This document shows positions 31,979 through 42,059 of a stretch of 64,000 bases of DNA, in pieces. This DNA is from an uncultured Chloroflexia bacterium (GTDB lineage: Bacteria > Chloroflexota > Limnocylindria > Limnocylindrales > CSP1-4). Numbering within the stretch: position 1 is the first letter of the stretch; each line of letters starts with the position of its first letter. Under the pieces are notes generated by a model that did no database searches, was not told the DNA's origin, and worked only from the letters and a program-made list of their open reading frames with translations. Location: contig CAVZON010000006.1 in assembly GCA_963776925.1 (NCBI GenBank), positions 268,267-332,266 of the forward strand, given 5' to 3'. Both the position numbers and the translations under genes were made by a program.

Positions 31979-32164
31979 ATGCCGCTACGACCTTCACGCG
32001 TCGCTCGAGCCGCCGTCGTCACCGCCGCCGTCACGCCCGGTCCGTCGCCGGTCGCCAAGGCCGCCGTCGTCGGAGCGGCCGTGTCCGGGCCCGGCCCGTC
32101 GCCGGTCGCCAAGGCCGCCGTCGTCACCGCCGCCGTCACGCCCGGCCGGCGGCGCCGCTTCTAG
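31979..32164 (+). CDS. 61-aa tandem-repeat hydrophobic peptide
   Basis: ATG 1 nt after the upstream stop; three VA(R/K)AAVVxAAVx(G)PG units; 30-32 bp DNA repeats. Confidence 0.65.
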   Translation: MPLRPSRVARAAVVTAAVTPGPSPVAKAAVVGAAVSGPGPSPVAKAAVVTAAVTPGRRRRF

Positions 32165-32217
32165 GCGACACGACCAGGGCGACTCGTGACCGGGTCGCCC
32201 TGGAGGGTGCAGGGTCC

Positions 32218-33780
32218 CTAGCAGCGGCCGTGCGCGCTCGGTTCCGCGGCCGGAGCGCCCAGCACGTCCGTCTTCCAGTCCGCGATGACCGTTCGCCGAT
32301 CAGCGTCGACGACGATCGCCTGACCGGCCCCGAAGTCCACGACCAGGCCCACCTTGCTGTCGTCCCGATGCCAGGCCATGTCGAGGACCTGGTTGCCCGA
32401 TGGTTCGACGCTGAGCTCGCCATCGAACGCGGGGTGCGTATTCCGCAGCCGGACGAGCTCGATCACACGTTGGACAACGGGTCGACGTAGGGCAGCATCG
32501 ATCTCGCCCAGTTCGTAGTCGTGCCGGTTGATGGCCCGCCCTTCGCCCGTTGCCTCGACGGCCTCGTGGTCGTTCTCGCCGGCGAGGAGTCCGACGTAGT
32601 AGATCTGCGGGACTCCTTTGGCAAAGAGCTGGATCGCCCGCGCGGCGACGTATCGGTCGTCGTCGCAGTCCAGTGCGGAGTAGTACGTGCAGTTGAGCTG
32701 ATGGATGTCAACCTCATCTGCATGAGCATCGGAGAGGATGCGGTTCACATTGCCGCCAAGCTGTCGCACGTGGCCCGCTAGCCCACGCATCTCGTCGGCA
32801 GACAGGACCCCGTCGAGGTCTGGCCGGATCGGGATCCCGTCATGACAGTCCAGGTTGGTGAACTGACGTTCCGGCGACGAGGTCAGGTGCTCCGCGAGTC
32901 GCTCGGGTCGGCCGGTCAGGAACGTGTGGAGAAGGAGGCCGGGGAGGACGAAGTCGTAGGTCCAGAAACCGTGCCTCGAGATGCGCTGGTGCGTTGCCTG
33001 TACGTCATGGACCTCGGGTAGCACGATCAGGCCGAGGCCAGCCGCGGTGTCCGTGACCCACTCGAGGAACTCATAGATGTCTGGTTCGACCATGAAGCAC
33101 GTCGTCCCAGCCTTCTTGATCACGTACCCGATCGCATCCAGGCGAACGATCCGCACGCGGCGTTCGGCAAGTGATCGGAGCCATCCGCTGATCAGCGCCC
33201 GCGTTGCCTGCGAGTGCACATCGAGATCGATCTGCTCGGACCACTCCTTGGTGCCGAACGATGTCCAAACGCGCTCCTCGTCGCCGGTCGATCCGATGGT
33301 CACGACGGAAAACGGATCCTCGGGTTTGCGCAGGAAGATCCGCGAGACATCGCCTGCGTCCGGCTCGCCGCTCGGCCAGACCTTGTCGAGGGTGATGAAC
33401 AAGTCACTGGACGGCGAGCGCCGGCCGCGGTCGAGGAAGTCCTGGAACTCTGGGCTCCGGCGGGAGATGTGATTGATCATCAGGTCCAACAGGACGTCGT
33501 GCCGCTCACTGATGGCCCGGATGTCTTCCCAGCTGCCGAAGCGCGCCTCGATCTCGTCGTAGGTGATCGGCGCGAATCCACGATCACCGGACGACGGGAA
33601 GGGCGGCAGGATGTGCACCCCCCGAAAGAGGCCATCGAAGGGGCCCGCGAGAAGGGCGCCGATGTCACTGAGCGTGCCACCCAACGAGTCGGGGTAGGTC
33701 AAGAGTTGCGGGCGCGGATCGACGGTGGGCGCGGACATCGTCGCGAGCGTGTCATCCGTCGGTCGAGCCCCTGTCTTCAT
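32218..33780 (-). CDS. GH13_18 sucrose phosphorylase family enzyme
   Basis: QLLTYPDSLGG, GVHILP, GDRGFAP, DLMINHIS, VRLDAIGY, LPEVH, CHDGI, PQIYYVGLLAG.ND. Confidence 0.92.
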   Translation of the reverse strand: MKTGARPTDDTLATMSAPTVDPRPQLLTYPDSLGGTLSDIGALLAGPFDGLFRGVHILPPFPSSGDRGFAPITYDEIEARFGSWEDIRAISERHDVLLDLMINHISRRSPEFQDFLDRGRRSPSSDLFITLDKVWPSGEPDAGDVSRIFLRKPEDPFSVVTIGSTGDEERVWTSFGTKEWSEQIDLDVHSQATRALISGWLRSLAERRVRIVRLDAIGYVIKKAGTTCFMVEPDIYEFLEWVTDTAAGLGLIVLPEVHDVQATHQRISRHGFWTYDFVLPGLLLHTFLTGRPERLAEHLTSSPERQFTNLDCHDGIPIRPDLDGVLSADEMRGLAGHVRQLGGNVNRILSDAHADEVDIHQLNCTYYSALDCDDDRYVAARAIQLFAKGVPQIYYVGLLAGENDHEAVEATGEGRAINRHDYELGEIDAALRRPVVQRVIELVRLRNTHPAFDGELSVEPSGNQVLDMAWHRDDSKVGLVVDFGAGQAIVVDADRRTVIADWKTDVLGAPAAEPSAHGRC

Positions 33781-34601
33781 CCCTTCACGGACCCCTGCAG
33801 CAGGGCCGAGATGATCTGGCGCTGGAAGATGATGAACACGATCAGGGTCGGCAGGAGGATCAGGATCGTCCCGGCGCTGAGGAGGGGGATGTCGGTGGCG
33901 TAGTGGCCCTGAAAGGCGCCCAAGGCGCCCGCCATCGTGCGCTGGGTCGGGTCTTCGACGAGGACCAGAGCCAGGAGGAACTGGTTCCAGGCCCAAACGG
34001 ACATGAGGATGCCGAGGGACGCGATCGGCGCCCGAGCCAAGGGGACGTGGATCCGCCAGAACAGGTCCCATGTGCTGGCACCGTCGACTCTCGCGGCTTC
34101 GGAGACTTCGGCTGGCATGTTCACGAAGTGCGCGCGCATCCAGAACACAGCGAACGGCATGAACAGCCCGATGAGGGGAAGCACGATCGCCAACCTGGTG
34201 TTGAGGATGCCGAGCTCTCGCGAAAGGAAGTACAGCGGCGTGATGATGCCTTCGAACGGTAGGGTCAAGCCGAAGATGAACAGCAGGAGAAGCCAGCGGG
34301 CGCCGGGGATGCGCAGGAGCCCGATGCCGAAACCGGCCATCGTCGAGATCACGAGTGAGACAGGAACGACGGCGACGAGGATGAACACGCTCGAGAACAG
34401 CAGGGTGCGCATGTTCGCGACCTGGAACGCTTCGATGAAGTTGCCCCATGCGGGCTCATCGGGCCAGGCGAGACCGACCGGGACGGATCCGGACGGGTGG
34501 AGCGCGGTCAGGAAGATGCTCAGGAATGGCAGGACCGTGATCGCGGCCAAGCCGATCAGGAGTGCGCGACCGGCGTAGAGCTCCGACTTCGCGATCCTCA
34601 C
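33777..34601 (-). CDS. Carbohydrate ABC transporter permease
   Basis: EAARVDGAS motif; AWNQFL; multiple TMs. Confidence 0.92.
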   Translation of the reverse strand: MRIAKSELYAGRALLIGLAAITVLPFLSIFLTALHPSGSVPVGLAWPDEPAWGNFIEAFQVANMRTLLFSSVFILVAVVPVSLVISTMAGFGIGLLRIPGARWLLLLFIFGLTLPFEGIITPLYFLSRELGILNTRLAIVLPLIGLFMPFAVFWMRAHFVNMPAEVSEAARVDGASTWDLFWRIHVPLARAPIASLGILMSVWAWNQFLLALVLVEDPTQRTMAGALGAFQGHYATDIPLLSAGTILILLPTLIVFIIFQRQIISALLQGSVKG

Positions 34602-35569
34602 CGATCAGCCCCTCGTGTCACCCGCTGGATGGGCAGGATGACGAGCAGGACCAGGATGATCAGGACGACGGCGAGGGCGGATGCCAGGCCGACCTGGCGC
34701 TCGAGGAAGGCGAGGATGTAGATCTGGATCCCTGGCACCGCGGTTGCGCCGCCCGGACCACCCCCGGTCGACACGTACACGATGTCAAAGGCGGCGAGCG
34801 CGGCGATCACGGTGACCGTGAGGCACACCCCGATCTCGTGTCGCAGGCTGGGCACCGTGATCGCCTTGAACTCGGCAAACCAACCTGCGCCATCGAGCCT
34901 GGCTGACTCATACAGCGCCCCGTCGACCTTGGTCATACCGGTCAGGAGCAGGACCGTGCAGAAGCCGAGCAGGACCCAGATCCCGATGATCCCCACCGCC
35001 GGTAGGGCCGTGTCGAAGTCCCCCAGCCATGCCCGAGTCACATCCTCGAGGCCAACAGCCGTGAGGATCTGGTTCACGAGGCCCGGCAAGGACAGCAGGC
35101 GGCCCCAGATGATGCCAGCCGCGACGAGCGGGATGACCTGGGGGAGGAACAGCACCGTTCGCGAGACGGTTCCGAGTCGGCCCGACGCGACTCGCTGGAT
35201 GATGCTCGCGGTCACGAGGCCGAGCGCGACCGGGATGATGCTGAAGAAGAGCACGAGGCGGAACGCGTTGAACAGCGTCTCCAGGAGCCGGGGCTCGGTG
35301 AGGACGGTCGCATAGTTGGACAGCCCGACCCATGTCGCCGGGCCGACCCCATCCCATCGGTACAGCGAGTACTGCACGGTCAGGGCCAGCGGCTGCAGCA
35401 CGAACAGGCCGTACATGACCAGGGCCGGCGTCACGAACAGCCACCCGATCAGGGTTTGGCGGCGGATCCCCTGTCGCCAGGGGATCCGCTGCCCCCGCCG
35501 ACGAGTGGTCGAGAGCGGCGATCTCGCGATCGCCGGACTCGAGCCGGCCTCGTCGACGGCTTGGCTCAA
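34598..35569 (-). CDS. Carbohydrate ABC transporter permease
   Basis: WVGLSNY, LYESARLDGA, TGGGPG; TTG start overlapping the SBP stop. Confidence 0.9.
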   Translation of the reverse strand: MSQAVDEAGSSPAIARSPLSTTRRRGQRIPWRQGIRRQTLIGWLFVTPALVMYGLFVLQPLALTVQYSLYRWDGVGPATWVGLSNYATVLTEPRLLETLFNAFRLVLFFSIIPVALGLVTASIIQRVASGRLGTVSRTVLFLPQVIPLVAAGIIWGRLLSLPGLVNQILTAVGLEDVTRAWLGDFDTALPAVGIIGIWVLLGFCTVLLLTGMTKVDGALYESARLDGAGWFAEFKAITVPSLRHEIGVCLTVTVIAALAAFDIVYVSTGGGPGGATAVPGIQIYILAFLERQVGLASALAVVLIILVLLVILPIQRVTRGADR

Positions 35570-36993
35570 CGGTTGAGCTCCTTCTCGTACTGCGCCTGCA
35601 CCGCCTTCAGGAGGCCGGCGGCGTCCTGGCGGCCGCCGACCAGCTTCTGCAGTTCGGGTGTCCAGCCCTGCGCGAAGATGGAGCCAGTGGCGTTGGCGAT
35701 GAAGTCCATCGCCCCATTGTCCTGGGCGACGGCGCCGCCGGCGTTCAGGGTCTCGTTGGTGACCGAGCCGTCCGCGGCGGGCGGGATCGGCAGATCCGTC
35801 GGACCGCCGGGGTTGGACCCGCCGACAGTCACATCGATCTGGCGGGCCGTTTCGTTCGTGGCGACCCAGTCGAAGAAGAACGCCGCGCAATCGGCGTTTG
35901 CCGCATTCGTCGCGATCCCGTAGGTGAGCGGGGCCGACATCGCAGCGACGGTCCCACCGGCCTCGGCCGACGGGAAGACGAAGAACCCGACGTTGCCCGG
36001 CAGATCGGTGTCGTAGGTCGCGTTCTGCCAGTCACCATTGAACATGAACACTCCCTCGCCCTGACCGAAGCGTGCATTCGCGTCGGTGTACTCGATGGCG
36101 TTCACGTCCTCAGGAAAATACTCCGACTCGACCCAGCCCTGGAGGTGCTGTGCAGCGGTCAGGTTGGTCGGCGTGTCGATCGTCGCGTTTGGCTTCTGGA
36201 AGATCCAGTCGTTGATCGGCGTCGTCGGGCCGTAGGCGGCCATCAGGTTCTGGAGCGGGAATGCCAGCCCGCCGCCACTCGCGGTCGCATTCCACTGCAT
36301 GATCGGCAGCTCGCCAGCATCCTTCGCCTTGGCCAGCAGCGCGTCGAAGTCAGCCACCGTGGCGGGTGGGGCGGTCATCCCCAGCGCGGCGGCCTTCTCC
36401 TTGTTGTAGAAGACGCCCGTCAAGCTGTAGTTGAGTCCCATCGCATAGAGGGCACCCGAGCCACGCGTGCCATCCTCGGCGACGCGGTTCTGGGCGAGCT
36501 GCGCGGGCGGCCACTGGTCCCACCCGAAGGCCGTCGCGTACTCGTCGAGGTTCTTCAGCAGCCCGTCCTTGACCAACGAGACCATCGATGGCAATCGGAT
36601 CAGGTCCGGCGGATTGTCACCCGAGAGAAGTCGCGGCGTGGCCGTCATCAGGTTCGAGAACTGGTCCTGCTTGATGTCCCAGGTCACATTCGGGAATTGC
36701 TTGGTGAACTCTTCGGACAACTTGAACGGCAGGTCGAAGCCGGTCTCGAAGTACGCATTGAGCACGACGGGATCCGTCCCGCAATCGGGTGTGGTCGCGG
36801 CGCTGGCCGACGGCTCCGCGGCGCTGGCCGATGGGGCGGCGGCGCTGGTCGACGGCGCTGCAGCGCTGGCCGATGGCGACGGTTCGGCGCCCGGCGCGGC
36901 GCACGCGGCGACGAGGCCGCCTGCGAGCGCCAAGGCACCTAGGCGCACCCTCAGCGAAGTGAACCGATCCCGATCGATGTCGGTGCTGACCAT
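35566..36993 (-). CDS. Carbohydrate ABC transporter substrate-binding lipoprotein
   Basis: Lipobox VAAC, Ser/Ala linker, GVFYNK; SD aggaggagg. Confidence 0.9.
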   Translation of the reverse strand: MVSTDIDRDRFTSLRVRLGALALAGGLVAACAAPGAEPSPSASAAAPSTSAAAPSASAAEPSASAATTPDCGTDPVVLNAYFETGFDLPFKLSEEFTKQFPNVTWDIKQDQFSNLMTATPRLLSGDNPPDLIRLPSMVSLVKDGLLKNLDEYATAFGWDQWPPAQLAQNRVAEDGTRGSGALYAMGLNYSLTGVFYNKEKAAALGMTAPPATVADFDALLAKAKDAGELPIMQWNATASGGGLAFPLQNLMAAYGPTTPINDWIFQKPNATIDTPTNLTAAQHLQGWVESEYFPEDVNAIEYTDANARFGQGEGVFMFNGDWQNATYDTDLPGNVGFFVFPSAEAGGTVAAMSAPLTYGIATNAANADCAAFFFDWVATNETARQIDVTVGGSNPGGPTDLPIPPAADGSVTNETLNAGGAVAQDNGAMDFIANATGSIFAQGWTPELQKLVGGRQDAAGLLKAVQAQYEKELNR

Positions 36994-37049
36994 GGACCTC
37001 CTCCTCCTATGACTGTTCGACAAGGGAGCCGCGAGCTAGTCCGTCGTCC

Positions 37050-38084
37050 TCACGCACGGCCCTCCTTCGGACGCGTCGTGGTCGCTCGGACCACGAGCTC
37101 GGGTTCGAGTCGGGCGACCGGGGGGTCGTCCGACCGCGTGTCGACCTCGGCAAGCAGGATCTCGGCCCCGCGGCGGCCCGACTCGAAGAGTTGCTGGCGG
37201 ATGGTCGTCAGTCCGACGTAGTCCGCCGCCTCGATGTCGTCGTAGCCCACGACAGACAGGTCGTCGGGGACATGGAGTCCGATCTCACGCGCCGCTGCGA
37301 TGACACCGAAGGCCTGGGTGTCACTGGCCGTGAACATGGCTGTCGGACGGCGGTCGCCCGTCAGGATCCGATGGGCCAGGTCGCGGGCCTCATAGCGACC
37401 GTGGGCGCCATGACCGATCCACTCCGTGGGCACCTCGATGCCGGCTGTCGCGAGCTCATCGCGGAATCCGCGCTCGCGATCGTGGCTCGACGTGAAGCCG
37501 AAGGGTCCCTCGACGGCATCCCCGATGAAGCCGATGGATCGATGGCCGAGCTCGATCAGGTGACGCGCCGCCATCGCGCCTCCGGCCGCGTCATCGCCGA
37601 TGACCCGCGGAAGGTTGGAGACCGAGGGCGTGTGGACGTCGATGAAGACCATCGGCACCGGTGACCCGGCAAGGAGGGCTCCGGCCTCGGGCGTGGGTGG
37701 CAGCGACATCACGATCAGGCCGTCCGCACGCTGTGAGGTCGCGAGCGTACCCAGATAGTGGTCGCGCTTCTGGACGGACTCGACGTTGTAGATGACGAGG
37801 TCGAACTCGCTGTCGGCGAGGACAGCATCGACGCCTCTGAGCCGCTCTGCGGCCTGGGGCCTGGTCAGGAACGAGACGACGACGCCGATCGTGAGCGTGC
37901 GACCAAGGCTCAGGCGTCGCGCCGCCGGGCTCGGACTGAATCCGAGTTCCGCCATGACCGACAGGATCCGGTCGCGCGTCTGTGGTGTGACGACGTCCTT
38001 GCCGTTCAGGACCCGGGATGCCGTGGCGACGCTCACCCCGGCTTGGCGCGCCACATCGCGGATCGTCACGGACTTTCGCGGCAC
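37050..38084 (-). CDS. LacI family transcriptional regulator
   Basis: TIRDVARQAGVSVATASRVLNG, VPDDLSVVGYDD, LTTIRQ. Confidence 0.95.
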   Translation of the reverse strand: MPRKSVTIRDVARQAGVSVATASRVLNGKDVVTPQTRDRILSVMAELGFSPSPAARRLSLGRTLTIGVVVSFLTRPQAAERLRGVDAVLADSEFDLVIYNVESVQKRDHYLGTLATSQRADGLIVMSLPPTPEAGALLAGSPVPMVFIDVHTPSVSNLPRVIGDDAAGGAMAARHLIELGHRSIGFIGDAVEGPFGFTSSHDRERGFRDELATAGIEVPTEWIGHGAHGRYEARDLAHRILTGDRRPTAMFTASDTQAFGVIAAAREIGLHVPDDLSVVGYDDIEAADYVGLTTIRQQLFESGRRGAEILLAEVDTRSDDPPVARLEPELVVRATTTRPKEGRA

Positions 38085-38095
38085 GTCGCCCTCCG

Positions 38096-38125
38096 ATGTA
38101 ACCGGTTACATGAGACCGGTTACAT
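38096..38125. promoter_or_regulatory. Tandem LacI-type operators
   Basis: Perfect palindrome ATGTAACCGGTTACAT (38096-38111) overlapping a second copy ATGAGACCGGTTACAT (38110-38125), directly upstream of the lacI-family start. Confidence 0.8.
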
Positions 38126-38341
38126 CACGGTACCAGCCGAGTCAAGATGGCACTCGATGACCCGCTGGCGCGGCAGCCTGATGCGCGGCCCTGTGTCCTC
38201 CCGGTGGGACCGCAGACCGTCCCATCTGTCGCCCGACCGGCTGGTCCGTCGATACGGTCGTCGGCCGTCGATGTCACTCCCGTGGGCGGTAGCCCAGTAA
38301 CGACCATCACCGACACCGGCCCGCGAGGGGGTCAGTCGCGG

Positions 38342-39889
<1,548 letters not shown>

Positions 39890-40717
39890 TCAGGTGAGCT
39901 TCGTCGTCGCGCCGACGACGGCCACGCCGACGGGATGGCTCTTGCCCTTCAGGGTCAGCGAACGACGCTCGAAGGCGGAGCCGGTCAGACCCGCGCCGGC
40001 GATCACCGCGTCGGTCACGAGGATCTCGCCGGGTCCCGCGGTCGACGCGAGACGCGCCGCCACGTTGACCTCGTCGCCCATCGCCGTGAGCTCGGTATCG
40101 AGGCCGTCGCCGATCGTGCCCACGTAGGCCTCGCCGGTGTTGACCCCGACGCCGATCGGCACCCACGGATCGTCGGTGCCGCCATGGCCGGTCCGGCGCA
40201 GCAGCTCGATCGCCGCCGTCAGCGCGACCCGCGCGTGGTCGGGCCCGGCCATCGACGGCACGAAGATCGCCACGATCTCGTCGCCGGCGAACTTGTCGAC
40301 GATGGCGTCGTGCTTGACCATCACGGCCATGGCCGTGTCGTAGAACCGACCCATCAGCTGGCTGAACTCGAGCGGCCGCATCGTCTCGGCGAGTGGCGTG
40401 GAGCCGCGCACGTCGGCGAACAGCAGGGAGCACTCGACCTCGGCGCCACCGTGGTTCTGGCGCAGGAACCGGAAGCAGCCATCGCAGTACTTGGCGTTCT
40501 TGGTCCACGGCCCGTGGCCCATCGCCCGCATGAGCGCGCCGCCCGGACCACCGAACGGACGCGTGCAGCCCTTGCAGCGCGGGGCGCTCGGGAGGTGGCT
40601 GTACAGCAACGGGCCGAACAGCCGGCGGCGCTGCTGGATCGGATTGCGATCGGTGAGCATCGCGCGCCAGACGCTCGCGGGCACCTGGCCGTCGAGTCGG
40701 CTTTCGGGATCGACCAC
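39890..40717 (-). CDS. Class III adenylate/guanylate cyclase with an N-terminal CxxC..CxxC domain
   Basis: LFADVRGST, DKFAGD, TAMGDEVNVAARL; CKGC and CDGC. Confidence 0.9.
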   Translation of the reverse strand: MVDPESRLDGQVPASVWRAMLTDRNPIQQRRRLFGPLLYSHLPSAPRCKGCTRPFGGPGGALMRAMGHGPWTKNAKYCDGCFRFLRQNHGGAEVECSLLFADVRGSTPLAETMRPLEFSQLMGRFYDTAMAVMVKHDAIVDKFAGDEIVAIFVPSMAGPDHARVALTAAIELLRRTGHGGTDDPWVPIGVGVNTGEAYVGTIGDGLDTELTAMGDEVNVAARLASTAGPGEILVTDAVIAGAGLTGSAFERRSLTLKGKSHPVGVAVVGATTKLT

Positions 40718-40847
40718 CCGCGAAGCCTAGCGCCCCGCCATCGGAGCTTCGTCATCCGGGCGTCAGCCGACTCTCATGCCGTTCTCAGCCATCCGGGCCT
40801 ACCGTACGGACGAACCTTGCTCGAACCCACGCGAAGGATGGAGCCCG

Positions 40848-41741
40848 ATGACCCAGCCCACGCCGACCCCCACCCGACCCGAGTCCTGGCCGACCTTCGA
40901 GGGCCGACCCCTGGCCGACCCGACCGAGCCGGTCGTCGACCAGGGCCTCCAGTTCGACGTCGTCACGCTCGTCGATCGTCGGCAGGTGCTCAAGCTGCTG
41001 GGCCTCAGTGGCGTGGCCGTCGGCATCGCGGCGTGTGCACCCGGTGCGGCCACCGGCAGCCCGTCGGCCAGCGCAGCGGCGGCCGCCTCGGTCGATGCCG
41101 CGGATTGCGTGGCGATCCCCGAGGAGACGGCCGGTCCGTATCCCGGTGACGGCTCGAACGGACCCGACATCCTCGAGCAGAGCGGGGTCGTGCGCTCGGA
41201 CATCCGATCGAGCTTCGGCAGCTCGACCACGACGGCCGACGGCGTCCCGATGACGATCCGGCTCGCCATCCAGGACCTGTCCGACGGCTGCGTCCCGTAT
41301 GCCGGCGCCGCCGTCTACGTGTGGCATTGCGACGCCGAGGGTCGCTACTCGATGTACTCGCAGGGCGTCGAGAACGAGAACTACCTGCGGGGCGTCCAGG
41401 AGGCCGATGCCGACGGCGTGGTGACGTTCCAGAGCGTCTTCCCGGCGTGCTACCAGGGCCGCTGGCCGCACATCCACTTCGAGGTGTATCCGAGCCTCGA
41501 CCTGGCGGTCGACGCGGGCAACAAGATCGCCACGTCGCAGGTCGCCCTGCCGGCCGACACCAGTGCCGAGGTCTACGCGACGGCCGGTTACGAGTCGAGC
41601 GTCCAGACCTTCGCGCAGGTCAGCCTCGAGTCGGACATGGTCTTCGCCGAGGACGGCGGGGCGCGCCAGCTGGGCACGGTCAGCGGCTCGGTCGCCGACG
41701 GCCTGACGGTCGATCTGACGGTCCCCGTGGCCAGCGCCTGA
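40848..41741 (+). CDS. Intradiol ring-cleavage dioxygenase-like exported lipoprotein
   Basis: RR motif plus IAAC; ETAGPYP, VWHCD..GRYS, LRGVQ, YQGRWPHIHFEV. Confidence 0.85.
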   Translation: MTQPTPTPTRPESWPTFEGRPLADPTEPVVDQGLQFDVVTLVDRRQVLKLLGLSGVAVGIAACAPGAATGSPSASAAAAASVDAADCVAIPEETAGPYPGDGSNGPDILEQSGVVRSDIRSSFGSSTTTADGVPMTIRLAIQDLSDGCVPYAGAAVYVWHCDAEGRYSMYSQGVENENYLRGVQEADADGVVTFQSVFPACYQGRWPHIHFEVYPSLDLAVDAGNKIATSQVALPADTSAEVYATAGYESSVQTFAQVSLESDMVFAEDGGARQLGTVSGSVADGLTVDLTVPVASA

Positions 41742-41788
41742 CCCGCGCGTCACGCGACGGGGTGACGAGGCGTCACTACCATCGAACA

Positions 41789-41851
41789 ACGGAACGCGCT
41801 GTTCTCTCCTCCGCGATCGAAGCCCTCGGTCCTCCCCCGAGGGCTTCATCG
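41789..41851 (+). ncRNA. Candidate small RNA with C-rich anti-SD loops
   Basis: TACCAT at 41777; ctctcctcc; 11-bp stem gaagccctcgg/ccgagggcttc with a tcctccc loop. Confidence 0.45.
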
Positions 41852-41853
41852 TG

Positions 41854-41978
41854 TGCGCCCGGCGCCTGGACGGCGATGCGTGCGTTGGCGACCTGCGCGC
41901 CTCGCTCACGCACCTTCGGGTGCGCTCGCTCGGTGCTCGGCACGCCGCCTTCGCCTCACCGCCCATGCGCCGGGCGCA
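41854..41978. repeat. 125-nt imperfect fold-back (REP/MITE-like) element
   Basis: 12-bp terminal IR tgcgcccggcgc/gcgccgggcgca; central cgcacc-ttcg-ggtgcg. Confidence 0.6.
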
Positions 41979-42059
41979 AGGTGTCGGCAGTTCTCACGTC
42001 AGGCGGCGTTGGCGGCCAAACGCCACGGCTCCGTTGACCGCGCTAACCGAGGCGCTGGG

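Noticed and set aside
38126-38340. Possible RNA or ORF between lacI and the esterase
   Set aside because: No convincing long stem, SD/start or coding bias seen.
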